Origin: Octopus bimaculoides
Lineage: Eukaryota
Length of the DNA stretch: 47,317 nt
Reading direction: 5' to 3'
Assembly: GCF_001194135.2 (NCBI RefSeq)
Contig: NC_068982.1
Coordinates: 163,569,392-163,616,708, forward strand
The notes under the pieces are model-generated. The model did no database searches. It was not told the DNA's origin and saw nothing but the letters and a program-made list of their open reading frames with translations. Every line of letters starts with the position of its first letter. The first letter of the stretch is position 1. Positions 23,051 to 35,634 of the stretch are shown piece by piece. Both the position numbers and the translations under genes were made by a program.

Positions 23051-23084
23051 AGGTTACATATAATATTTATATATGTATATGTGT

Positions 23085-23295
23085 GTGTGTGTGCATGTGT
23101 CTTTGTGCTTGTTCCCTACCATTGCTTGACAACTAGTGTTGGTTTATGTCTACATAACTTAGTGGTTCATTACAAGATACTGAGAGAATAAGTACCAACT
23201 GAAAAGTACTGGGGTCAATTTCTTTACCTAAACCCTTCAAAGTGGTGCCCTAGCATGGCCACAATCCAATGACGGAAACATGTAAAAGGTAAAAA
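23085..23295 (+). mobile_element. SINE 3' module
   Basis: gcttgacaactagtgttgg...aataagtacc...ggtgccctagcatggccac. Confidence 0.75.
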
Positions 23296-23349
23296 AAAAA
23301 AAGGAATAACAAAACAGACAAGCCAATGTAACAATTACTGCAAAGACAG

Positions 23350-23470
23350 TGAACCTGCTACAAACAGTAGCCGAATCTACTTACAAATCACATCTTTCCG
23401 TTTTTTAAAAGGAAAAATATACATATCTACTGGACAATGTAGACTGACTTACAATATATAAGAAACAAAA
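23350..23470 (+). mobile_element. SINE family D fragment
   Basis: ctgctacaaacagtagccgaatct..aaatcacatc..ggacaatgtag. Confidence 0.5.
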
Positions 23471-24008
23471 GAATAATCCTGATGAACTCAAATACAACTC
23501 TAACTTTTGGTACTTGAAAACCAGTAACATATTTTATCTTGTCTTTTCTTACTCTTCAGAATAATACATACACACCAATTTTATTTGTAATGTTTTGCAT
23601 TAAATTTCATACATTATTATTCATCAGTAAACATAAAAATCGTGCTAAGTCTATCATATTCACTAAAAAAAAGAAAGACTAGCAGAATTTCCTCAATGTT
23701 ACTGTGAATCATCAGGTGAAAATTTAGTCAAATACAACTTTACATAGTTATCTTAGTTATTAAAATTTCCATTTTCCTTCTATTTTTGTTGTTGTTTAAG
23801 ATTAAAATAAAAACTCATCTGCATTTTATTTCTCTAGGCAAGTAGAAAGAGAGAGACTGTAACATTATTCACTGCTTTTCATTTTTTCTTGCATTTATTT
23901 TGTCATGAAGTTCTGTCACACCCAGCCTGCTTAAGGGCAATTTTGAATAACTCCTAGTTACCGCCCTCCACCTCTGATATCTGATATTAGTTATTTCACT
24001 CCACAGGT

Positions 24009-24052
<44 letters not shown>

Positions 24053-24170
24053 GAAATATATATGTCACTAGAGTGACAAAGGCATTAATCAGCATCAGTA
24101 TTGCTAGAAATGAGAGTCAACACAAATCAATAGCCAAAAAAGCACTATCTTAATAACTGACATGTATGTA

Positions 24171-24434
24171 TCATCATCATCATCATCATCGTTTTATGTC
24201 TGCTTTCCATGCTGGCATGGGTTGAACGGTGGTTTGACTGAGAACTGGTGAACCAGAGGCTGCACCAGGCTATGCGTGTGCGTTTTTCTGTGTGTGTATA
24301 AATATATATATATATATATATATCATCATCATCATCGTTTAACGTCCGCCTTCCAAGCTAGCATGGGTTGGACGATTTGACTGAGGACTGGTGAACCAGG
24401 TGGCTACACAAGGCTCCAATCTGAATTTTGGCCA
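24171..24434 (+). mobile_element. Two tandem partial family A SINEs separated by (TA)n
   Basis: (cat)n cgttt..gtc.gc.ttcca.gct.gcatgggttg at 24171 and 24323. Confidence 0.85.
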
Positions 24435-24470
<36 letters not shown>

Positions 24471-24545
24471 ACTTGGTAGCATACATGTATAAATACATAT
24501 ATGGGTGTGTGTGTATGTGTGTACATACACATGCATGTATATAAG

Positions 24546-24650
24546 TACAAGGGGTGGCTGAAACATTCCTGACTTTGGGTAAAAAAGAAATACAGAAGGA
24601 TCAGTTAATTATGATTTTATTCAACATATTCTCCTCTTAGAGTCACATAC
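24546..24650. mobile_element. Mariner-type TIR/end fragment
   Basis: TA-caaggggtggctgaaacattcctgacttt...ttattcaacatattctcctct resembles TACGAGGG-type mariner ends. Confidence 0.6.
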
Positions 24651-24729
24651 ATATATATGTATGTAGATACGCAAGTACAAACATACGTACATACATACAT
24701 ACATACATATATACATACATACATATGTA

Positions 24730-25300
24730 TTGCTGATATAATGATTTGGAATAAAGAGAAACTGTGCACAGCTGTAGAAATTAGCTGCCCAGCAGATGTT
24801 GACATAAAGCTGAAGATCAGTGAAAAAGAGAACACCTATGCAGAACTATTGAGAAATCTACAGTTACTGTATCCGGATTACAAGTTTAGGTTTATACCTG
24901 TAATTATTGGGGCCCTGAGATATGTAACACACTGCCTAAATACCAATCTTGAGAAATTAGGTTTCACAAAAACAGAAAGCTAATTCAAAGGCAACAGATC
25001 CAAACCGTCACTGGAGCTGTAAAAATCTGTAAAACTTTCCAGAAGTTTATCAATTAAATATATATGAACAGTCTAGATATGTAACTCTATGCATTAGAAT
25101 ACATACATACATACATACAAACAAACAAACAAACAAACATACATACATACATACATACATACATACATACAAACAAGCAAACAAACAAACAAACAAAAAT
25201 ACCCTGTTGCTGATGTTGAAATTCCAATAAAGGAACCTTGGATCTAAGTTAGAAACCGGCTCTTTCTCTATTGGCAAGAAATCATGAAACAAACTGAATA
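24730..25300 (+). mobile_element. 5'-truncated RLE-type non-LTR retrotransposon (R4/Dong-like): restriction-like endonuclease plus 3' UTR
   Basis: ADIMIW..KEKLCTAVEISCPADVDIKLKISEKENTYAELL...PVIIGAL is a (P)D..E.S..K..Y RLE pattern. A frameshift near 24983 is followed by IQ..TGAVKICKTFQKFIN* (stop ~25056), then a UTR with (CATA/CAAA)n ending in aataat. Confidence 0.8.
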
Positions 25301-25306
25301 ATGACA

Positions 25307-25342
<36 letters not shown>

Positions 25343-25609
25343 AGAAATGACTGTGTCAATATGATGTTTACTTCAGAATCACAGGACTTTAGTTTCAGTT
25401 TCATTGAATGGACACCATCAGCTTGGTATTCACTACAATATCCACAGGCTGACCAATTCTCTGTAAATGAAATTTGGTTGATAGAAACAAGAAAAAGTCT
25501 GTTGTGTGTGTGTTTTTGAGAGTGACTGAGTACCCATCTGTCTTGTCTTGACATGTTCATGCAGGTTTTAAACACAGTGTTACCAATAATGCAAATGGTG
25601 TTGTTTGTT

Positions 25610-25810
25610 TGCACCCTTCATAAAAGCATGTCCAGGTTATTTGTTTCATGAAAGACTGGAAGCAGGGGATTACTTTGCTTGGAAATAGGTGAGGTTGGTG
25701 TCAGGAAGGACATTTGGCTGCAGAGCAAATTTTGCACCAGCAAAGTCTTGTCTGACCCAAACAAATATGGAAAAATAGACATTACAATTATGATGGTCAT
25801 CATCATCGCA
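25610..25810 (-). mobile_element. Old SINE family A
   Basis: ggttggtgtcaggaaggacatttggctg...tctgacccaaacaaatatggaaaa. Confidence 0.55.
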
Positions 25811-25825
25811 CATTTCATTATGCAA

Positions 25826-25985
25826 GAATGGGTGTGTGGCTGAAAAGTTTGCTTTGCAATCACATGGTTTTGAGTTCAATCCCATGGCATGGCACCTTGG
25901 CCTAATGTCATCTAACGTAACCTCAGCTTCACCAATACACTGTGAAATTTAGGAAATGGAAATTGTACAAAAATCTATAACCTAA
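25826..25985 (+). mobile_element. CORE-like SINE head (family B)
   Basis: gtgtggctgaaaagtttgct..gagttcaatccc..ggcaccttgg. Confidence 0.6.
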
Positions 25986-26896
25986 CTATAAAAGCTCTAA
26001 GCTTCTTAGCTTAGTTTAAATGTTCTGTTCCCTCTATATTAGATGAGACATTTTGGTTATATCTGCTGGTTAGCTGACCTGCATGGCAGTGCATGATTTT
26101 CATTTCCTGTCCTATAGGACAAAATCAGGAATATTGTGTTTGAACTGGGTTGTTTCAAGCTGTATTTCTTGCTTTCAAAGATATCAATACATTCTGGCCC
26201 TTGTGTACCTTTGGTATGACTGTTAGAACAATCCTCTGTGTGTGTCTGTGTGTGTGTGTGTGTGTGTACACATATGCATGTGCGCACATGTGTGTGTGTG
26301 TGTGTGTGTGTGCATGCATGTTTGTATGTATGTATAATTTGAATATGCTATCAGTTCTTACATTACCAGCTTTGCTAAAATACCTTTACATTTGCAAACA
26401 TCTTAAGTCAACCACTTCAACCCTCTCTACTCAGCAGCTCACACTACAACTACACTCTATTCTTCCTACATTGTCCCATATGATTCTCTCAGATCATATC
26501 CTTTTCATACAAACATCTTACATTAGTGGAAGCCAACCTCGGCTTGCCTCAGCTTCATCAAACATTCAATAAGTTGACAGCTTTCAACCGACATCCTCCT
26601 CACAGACTACCACAGGACTGTTTATCAAACTGTTTGCAGCAATGTAGGCACACGATTTTAAGACACTATCAAATATAGATTGCTGTATGTGACACAGTCT
26701 TTATTGAAACTCTGAATGCATATTCTTTATATATAAGCAAGTGTATGATGAGAATAATGATGATGGCGACAATGATGATGATGATGTTGGTGATGGTGGA
26801 TGTGGTAGATAAACCAACTTAATGGTTGAATTGATGGTGTTGTTTGCAGGTTATTGACAATGATGGTGGTGAAATATATCGGCTGAGATACTGATA

Positions 26897-26939
<43 letters not shown>

Positions 26940-27484
26940 CATGCTGTATGCACATCCACGATTGTGACTGTGGTTATCCACTTTGCTCAGCGTCTGACTA
27001 TGAGGGGTGTGGTGAGTAGAGGAAGAGGTAGGCAATATCTAGTTCAATTGACTGACATGTACATATTTACTTGATCGTTACCTGTGGCATATATCCTAAA
27101 ATAATACAGCTCTGTGTGAGCACATGTGACTCTGTGTGTGTGTGTGTGTGTGCTCATAATCAGAAGGTAGCTACAGACAGATGCTGTCAAATGCAAACTT
27201 GTGCATTGTGAAATACATACACTGACAAACAAGGAAGTGTGCCCATGGCTAGAAGTCGGCCTGTGGAGAAGCCACAGGCGGTTGTGTATCATCCTAGTAT
27301 CCTCTGAGCGAGGTAATTGTGCATTTCTAATTATTATTTAGGCAAATAAACAGGAGAGTGGGATATGCTATTAAAAACTGTGTTACTGCAGATGTGAGCA
27401 TTCAATCACAAATGAAATAGTTAAATTTAAATACTCCCACATTTCAAAGAAACACCAAGATGTAGAGATCCTATCAGAGAGAGA

Positions 27485-27515
<31 letters not shown>

Positions 27516-27714
27516 GAAAATAATATAAATGAATTATTTCTGCCAATTTGTTCAGTACAGAGATATTAGTTTCTTCTTTCTTTCAATTCTTATAGCTTTC
27601 TTTCTTTTCCTCGTGATATTTATTTATTTATAAGTAAGCCTCTACCACCCCCTCAAAAGAAGGGGAGGAGCAACAGATTAAAAAAAAAAAATTCATACAA
27701 ACAGAAGCAGTAAT

Positions 27715-28565
27715 NNNNNNNNNNNNNNNNNNNNNNNNNNNNNNNNNNNNNNNNNNNNNNNNNNNNNNNNNNNNNNNNNNNNNNNNNNNNNNNNNNNNNN
27801 NNNNNNNNNNNNNNNNNNNNNNNNNNNNNNNNNNNNNNNNNNNNNNNNNNNNNNNNNNNNNNNNNNNNNNNNNNNNNNNNNNNNNNNNNNNNNNNNNNNN
27901 NNNNNNNNNNNNNNNNNNNNNNNNNNNNNNNNNNNNNNNNNNNNNNNNNNNNNNNNNNNNNNNNNNNNNNNNNNNNNNNNNNNNNNNNNNNNNNNNNNNN
28001 NNNNNNNNNNNNNNNNNNNNNNNNNNNNNNNNNNNNNNNNNNNNNNNNNNNNNNNNNNNNNNNNNNNNNNNNNNNNNNNNNNNNNNNNNNNNNNNNNNNN
28101 NNNNNNNNNNNNNNNNNNNNNNNNNNNNNNNNNNNNNNNNNNNNNNNNNNNNNNNNNNNNNNNNNNNNNNNNNNNNNNNNNNNNNNNNNNNNNNNNNNNN
28201 NNNNNNNNNNNNNNNNNNNNNNNNNNNNNNNNNNNNNNNNNNNNNNNNNNNNNNNNNNNNNNNNNNNNNNNNNNNNNNNNNNNNNNNNNNNNNNNNNNNN
28301 NNNNNNNNNNNNNNNNNNNNNNNNNNNNNNNNNNNNNNNNNNNNNNNNNNNNNNNNNNNNNNNNNNNNNNNNNNNNNNNNNNNNNNNNNNNNNNNNNNNN
28401 NNNNNNNNNNNNNNNNNNNNNNNNNNNNNNNNNNNNNNNNNNNNNNNNNNNNNNNNNNNNNNNNNNNNNNNNNNNNNNNNNNNNNNNNNNNNNNNNNNNN
28501 NNNNNNNNNNNNNNNNNNNNNNNNNNNNNNNNNNNNNNNNNNNNNNNNNNNNNNNNNNNNNNNNN
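27715..28565. other. Assembly gap
   Basis: Run of N. Confidence 1.
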
Positions 28566-28778
28566 GTGGCCGTTGCCAGTACGCCCTGACTGGCCTTCGT
28601 GCGGGTGACACGCAAAAGCACCCACTACACTCTCTGAGTGGTTGGCATTAGGAAGGGCATCCAGCCGTAGAAACTCTGCCAAATCAGATTGGGGCCTGGT
28701 GTAGCCATCTGGTTTCACCAGTCCTCAGTCAAATCGTCCAACCCATGCTAGCATGGAAAGCGGACTTTAAACGACGAT
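28566..28778 (-). mobile_element. Young SINE family A copy
   Basis: CpG-rich; ggttggcattaggaagggcatccagccgtag...acccatgctagcatggaaagcggac. Confidence 0.9.
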
Positions 28779-28779
28779 A

Positions 28780-29045
28780 CAAGAAAGGGACAACAAAACA
28801 TCCACATAGACAATACAAAGAAAACACGGACAGGTCATTCGGAGTTTTCTTTCCTCAGTCGAGATCCAGATTATCTTTGCAATTTCAGCTGGTTATTCTC
28901 GATATTGCTCCAATCTAGCCAACCCCAAGGAAAAACTAAGCTATGAGCATTAGATTCGTTGGAAGAAAGCAGGGAATGTATACAAAAACAAGGACGGAAA
29001 AAAACGAACAATGTTACACAAATACAATAAAAATAAAAATAATAA
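28780..29045 (-). mobile_element. Penelope-like tail repeat
   Basis: Minus strand has ctgaggaaagaaaactccgaa (CUGANGA..CGAA-like) in a pyrimidine-rich tail that I recall as an octopus repeat. Confidence 0.4.
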
Positions 29046-29104
29046 GTAATCAGAAGTAATCATCATCATCATCATCACAACCACCACCATCATCATCATC
29101 ATTA

Positions 29105-29290
29105 GGAGCTGCAAGGTGGTGGGTCAACAGAATTATTAGGGGGTCATGTAAAATGTTTTGTGGCATTTCTTTTGGCTTTCTACATTGTCAGTTCAAATAC
29201 TGTCAGGGCCAACTTTCCCTCTCATTCTTAAGGGGTCAGTGGTATTGACTAAACTCACCCATTTGTCAAATTTTAGCTCTTATGTCTATT
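29105..29290 (+). mobile_element. Degenerate tRNA-SINE (family C)
   Basis: aggtggtgggtcaacagaa head and cagttcaaatac B-box. Confidence 0.55.
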
Positions 29291-31270
29291 TATCATTATT
29301 ATTATTATTAACCATTAGAGCAGCAAACTATTGTCTTGGAATAGGCAGATAAAAAGATTACATGTTAAAGGCATTTACTTGTAAGTCCAATAACACTGAT
29401 GTAAAAAGCAGATATGTAAAATACTAATATACCATGTGGATGGTGACAGAGGGAAGGAGTGTTCTCAGGGGACATAATTTCAGGGAAGCAAACTGAATAA
29501 ACAAGGCAAAACTACTTTTGGATTTGGATAGACAGAGGGTTGACAGTGGAGGAATTCAAAACATTGATCTGGTACATGAAAGACTAACGTGCTGGCAATG
29601 CAGTATGACTCTTTTAATAAATTAACAATTTCTATTTAAGCATATAAAATGTAAAGATAAAAGAAAAAATTATAATTTGAAGTCACATTTAGGATTATAT
29701 TAGAAATTGAAATAGATTTTCTGTAGCCATGACATCTCTTAAACTTTTAAGCCACCAAGAATATTAATAGGTACTGGAATTTCATAGGAATATTTGTCCA
29801 CCACACCACAACTTAGTTCTTAAAAAAAATAAATGAATAAAATACTTGCAACCATGGTAAAATTATAGCCAGACATTTTCATCTCTTTGAAATCTGCCTG
29901 AGAAGACAGATCAGCTGCAAAGCCAGGAATCTGAATTATTCTGACCTCAATGCCATCAACTAATGATGCTATAAATTTCACTAAATGTTGTGGACAGAGA
30001 GGATGTTTTCTAACAGTAAATATTTTTTTTCGACTAATTAATTAACTGATGTCTCCAACTGTTCTGACTTAATTTCAATTAACAGAACCTCCCAAAGGCA
30101 TTCATTGACCAATTAAGGATATAATAATAGATTAAATGAAGAATAAAAATTAATGAAATCGATATACAAAAATATATTTTCTCTTGCTTTTTATACTTGA
30201 AGATAGAAAAACAATGATAGCAACCTATCCCCCACCAAAAAGTCAAAAAAAAAAAAAAGAAAATACAAAAATAGAACAGCCTTTAGATTATGATCTATAG
30301 CTTATAAGTAGATTAAAGGAAAAATCATTGATGCCTAAAAGGCAGTTAAGAATCTAGATGACCAAGTTGATATTGTAAGAGAGAAGTAGCTGAGAGGTTG
30401 ACAGTTTGTATTCAGTAGCCGGCACTGTATTTTATCTATGATTAAAGACTTAACTTCCAACAGACCAGTCCAGCAAACTCTAAGCAGATAATGCAGTGGT
30501 ATAATTTACTGTTGTAAGCAAAGGTTCCACTACTAATTTATTGAGTGACTTGTTGCCTTGCTGTGCCTAGTTCAATTCTTCAAGCAGGAAAATTTGCCTG
30601 CAAAATACTCTGGCATTGTATACTTAATGTCATGAGAGAACTACAGACAAGCAACAATGCAGGAGATTGTGAAATTCTAAGGAAGAAGAGAAATCATTGT
30701 TGAGAAGAATTATTTAAACCATGATGTTGACTTAATCCCTTATATATAGATTTGGACAAAGTTAGCAACTATTCAGAGAAAAGACATTTGAGTATAGTTA
30801 TGGCAGCAAGAGGGAAGAAAAATAGAATCATGATTGAGATTCTGTTTTGAATATTAAAATTTGCATTGATATAACTCTAGTAAATATCATATACACAACT
30901 AGTATTGGTATTGAGAGATATGCAAATAAAAACAAGAAAAGCATAAGAAATTATATCAATTACAAAATATACGAATGACAGACGAACATAGTTACTAGAT
31001 AACATTTCAGTCAAGGGAGCTACTGCAAACTAAAATATAACACAAAACAAATTATGAAAAACATATAGAAAGAAAGGACAAAAAGATCTGAAGAGAAGTT
31101 GGTTATTTACAATAAACCTAACTGATGTCTTGTTTATAATATCAGAAAGAAGCCAGGTGGGTAAAGAACAGTAACAAAGGATCAGATTCTTTGAAAAGAC
31201 GTATTTCGAAGATTATGAATAGAGATAATTAGTTGAACCAATAGTTAGAGTTGGCTACATAGTGACTGAG

Positions 31271-31306
<36 letters not shown>

Positions 31307-33209
31307 CAAGCATTTTTTAAAATACTTCTTTCACTGAAAATGAAGCATGGTTGAAACAGGAAGCTACCAGAAGTAGAGGAAATATTTAAACACAGTTTGT
31401 AACAGAATTTACCAGTTTGATATCTTATCAGGTGACACCACAACAGATCTAATATTAGAATTTACTGCAGGGGATTTTAGATAATAGATTAAATTGAAAT
31501 CTAAACGAAGAATTATAATCAACAGTCTACAGACATGTTCAATGACAAAAAAGTTGGAAATTTTGTGGCTTTGATATTCTATATGTTTCTGGCTTTTGGT
31601 TTGAGAGTTACACTAATGAGACAAACTAATAACCTGTAGGTAAATGACAACTTTTGATTTAAAAACTTTGATACAAGTTAGACTTAAGATTATTGGCTCA
31701 TGGACATTAAATCAATCTTGTTTTGCTTTGTTTCAATACATTTCTATCTCTGGCATTGGAAATAAACACAATTACCTCGGAAGGTTACTTATCATAAACC
31801 AGTCTTCTATCAAGGAGGAAATTTATCTCTTGTACCATTATTGCCATAAAACTGGAGTTAACTATCTACCATTAAGAGCCCTTTTTGTGGTAATTGACAT
31901 TCTTGCTTTGTTTATTTTTACACAGATACAACAGCCTTGCATCAGTGAGAACAACTACTTCTACAACCATCACCACCGCCACCATACAACCACCACCCAT
32001 CAATCCTCCAACACATTTACTATATTTGATATCACACTTAATATGTTCATCAATAGCCTGTTTTGTTGCCAGGTAAGTAGAGGCAAGAGAGTTAAGTGTC
32101 ATATCCAGGACATATTGATATACTAATAACAGAACATAAACATAAAATTTCTCAGAATAGAGGCTTAACACCTCGCTTTGGTCAATGTGACTTCTCACTT
32201 GCAGGGTGTCACTCAACTAGACACTTCCTATTTTACAAAATATGGAATTCTTTTCATGAAGTGACAAGAGCAAATCAATATTCCCTCAAATGGTAAGAAG
32301 GTATTTTAGGGTGGAGGTAAGCTTTCAACAAGCAATCCACAACCTGCTTTCAGTTCATAGCTGAAGTTTTATTTATTTATGTAGTCATTCATTCACTTGA
32401 TATTGCAGTTTGTGAACAAAAGCATCATTGGTTGCAGGTTTCCAAAGGGTCAAACATGGATTCACTGCATTTCCAATGGCGAGAATGACAAGAGAGTGTC
32501 TGACTTGATGTAGAACAAATACAGTACCAGGTAAAATATCCAGCAGGCTTGGGACTGGAAGTGACTTGGATTTCTGGATTTTTCTGGTTAATATATACTT
32601 AGAGTATAAAATAAACTTTGAGAAGAACTAAATTGTATTTAACAGATTCAAATTAATACATTTCTAAAGCAGGGTCTCTTTGAAATCTATCATTCCACTT
32701 AAAATATATCATATTGTACCATGTATACAGTATAAAGGTTTTAAGATGAAAATTAAATGAAGAAAAATGAAGAACATGATTTTACTTACTGGTATGAATT
32801 AATACACTGCTAAAGCAGAGGATGCTTAATCTTTATCAATTCACATAGATCAGACAATAGAGCTAGGCACAGCCCCCTGGCTTGCCAGCTCCAGTCAAAC
32901 CATCCAACCCATGCCAACATGGAAAATGGATGTTAAATGATGGTGATATAGAAATAAAGTACTAAACTATTTTTAACACACCATATGCAAATTAACCAAT
33001 TTCAAAAGCAGGATCTGTTTACTCAACACAAGGTACAATATATTACATGATATTGCACAGAATTTCTGGATTTCTGTAAATACCAACTTTCTGGAAGCTG
33101 GATAAGAGGTCTGGTACGGTTTTATTAGAAATATTGTTTATGAAGCATCAGTTTCTGGTTTCTTCAGTGAAAGATATATACATAGATAAGTATATGTGTG
33201 AATATAATA

Positions 33210-33432
33210 AGGTGGTGAGCTGGCAGAATTGTTAGCATGCTGGATAAAATGCATAATGGCATTTTGTTTGTCTATACGTTCTGAGTTCAATTTCCACTGA
33301 GGTAGATTATGCCTTTCATCCTTTCTGGCTCAATAGAATAAGCACCAGCTGATCACAGGGGTTGATTTAACCTTGACTAGCCCACCCCCTCTCCTGAAAT
33401 TACTGGCTATGTGCCAAAATTTGAAACCAATA
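33210..33432 (+). mobile_element. tRNA-SINE (family C)
   Basis: ggtggtgagctggcagaa, ttctgagttcaatttcc and gcctttcatccttt. Confidence 0.8.
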
Positions 33433-33447
33433 TATGTACACACACAC

Positions 33448-33575
33448 AAAACAGGCTTCTGCACTGTTTCTATTTACCAAATTCTGCTGAAAGTGTATTG
33501 GTAGAAAATAGTTAGCCATGGTGCTGCACAGTAAGACTGAACTCAGAAACATGTGGTTGTAAAGTGAACTTCGGA
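33448..33575 (-). mobile_element. CORE-like SINE head (family B)
   Basis: Reverse complement reads acaaccacatgtttctgagttcagtc..gcagcaccatgg. Confidence 0.6.
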
Positions 33576-33812
33576 ACAACACACCCAAGCCAGAGCCATT
33601 TTGCTGTTTTGTTTTAATATATTTATTTATTGATAATAATGAGCTTACAAAATGCCCGAACAGCAACATTTTTTTCATTCCCATCCTGTTTCATAGACTT
33701 CATAATATAGAAGAAACTATTTTCCTAAAACAGGTGGCAACACCATCTGACACTGTCAAAACCTTAAGGAAATGAAATAATACACAGAATAAATAAAATA
33801 AATTCAATAATA

Positions 33813-33817
<5 letters not shown>

Positions 33818-33865
<48 letters not shown>

Positions 33866-33866
33866 T
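33818..33866. repeat. (AAT)n microsatellite
   Basis: Direct reading. Confidence 0.95.
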
Positions 33867-34297
33867 AATATGATTATTATTATTTCTTTATCATTACCAC
33901 AAAGGCGACAAATGAGGGAATATTAAAGGGATAGCTTACAAAAAGTGTGGACATATGCAAAAAAATCGGATAAATGAAAGTAGTGATAATAATAATAATA
34001 AACATGAAAAGTTGAAAAAAGAAGAAACCTGAAAGCAATTAACAATTGAGTGGGAACAATGGAAGAGAAAACAATTTAACCTTGAAAGCTAGGAAAAGCA
34101 GGCAAGCTATAGGAGTTATTGTGTACTGAGGCAAAACTAAGAATGGAAAACTCTTTTTGAGAGTAGCATTGTTACACACACACACACACGCACACACACA
34201 CAGCTTTTATTGGAATAACCTATATTAAGGAAACTTTTATTTGGTGGAATAGATGGATGGCTAGATGGATTGATTGATGGAAGCAGCATGCATAAGA

Positions 34298-34366
<69 letters not shown>

Positions 34367-34599
34367 CACGCACATATATATATGTATATATATGGAGACA
34401 GATAGTTAAGGAACTACTGTTAAAGAAAGTTCTTTGCCAAGAACTATATAGATGTTTCTTTATTGTCATAACCATCATTACAATCTTCACCATGTGGTGG
34501 CATATACCAAAAGAGTTTTGCCAGAACAACCAATTAGGTAGGTGCTTTCTGTTAGTTCTATCTCCCTGTCTAATTCTTCCTCTCTCTATATCTCCTTTT

Positions 34600-34632
<33 letters not shown>

Positions 34633-35136
34633 CAAAAATAAACGTTTCTCTTTCTGCAGGTCCCTTTCTCTTTCTCTCTCTCTCATACACTTCTCCCTCT
34701 CTTTCTCCCCTCCTCCATCTCTCTCCTGTTATTATATTTTCTTTATTCTAATTCACTTTCCATTCTCTTTGAAATATTTTTTTTTTCTTTGCCTTTTTAG
34801 ACTTTCTCTCTTCAATTCTTTGTCCTTTCACTGTTTGTCATCGTTCTTAATTTAGACTGTCTTCCAGATCTAGATTAGTATTATCCCATGTGTTATCACT
34901 AACCATACTTCACCTTACCCTCCAATGGCAAGGTCAATCAAATAGTTTTACTCTGTCTGGGAATTATGAATTGATATATGGTATATATTAACTGAAGTTG
35001 AAAAAGGTGACCCCATATATTTTCCTTTCCAATGAAAGCCAAAAAACCCATCTTCTTCTTCTCCTCCTCCTCCTCCTCCTCCTTCTCCTAAATCCTTTTC
35101 AGCATTCTTTTTCTCCACTTATCTTCTTCTTCTTCG

Positions 35137-35593
35137 TCATCATCATCATCATCATCATTTAACGTCAGCCTTCCATGCTGGCATAGAGGAGCCTGCACTA
35201 AACTTGTCTATTTTGGCAGTGGTTGGTATTTGGAAGGGCATTTAGCTGTAAAATCCATGCTAGAACTGACTTTTTAGGGCTGGATGCCCTTCCTAACACT
35301 CACCACCCAGCAGAGTGGACTGAGTGCTTTTTATGTGGCACAAACACAGGTGAGGTCAGTTCTAGAATGGATTTCACAGCTGGATGCCCTTCCAAATACC
35401 AACCACTTTCCAGTGTGGACTGGATGCTTTTTAAGTGGCACCAGTACTGGCAGGGTCACTAAGTAACTTGCAAGACAAAGATCCTTTGAGATGCGGGGGC
35501 ATTGAAGGAGGTGATCTTGTGTCCAATGATGAAAAGTTATAGTGAGACAGAGATAGGTGTCTTGCTGTAGGGGGGGGGTACATGGTTACTCAG

Positions 35594-35597
<4 letters not shown>
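35137..35597 (+). mobile_element. SINE family A with internally multiplied core
   Basis: gctggatgcccttcc(t/a)aa..cc..cac at 35279 and 35379, plus an aberrant third core near 35230. Confidence 0.8.

Positions 35598-35634
<37 letters not shown>

Noticed and set aside
25400-25440. FIEWTPS resembling the tubulin FVEW.P motif
   Set aside because: Flanking sequence is not tubulin-like.
26118-26213. EYCV-TGA-TGLFQAV as a selenoprotein CxU motif
   Set aside because: It does not match SELENOF or Rdx-family context, I saw no SECIS, and the other two frames are open without recoding.
31644-32126. 160-aa plus ORF
   Set aside because: It crosses strong splice signals and a (CAC)-rich low-complexity tract; no recognisable domain.
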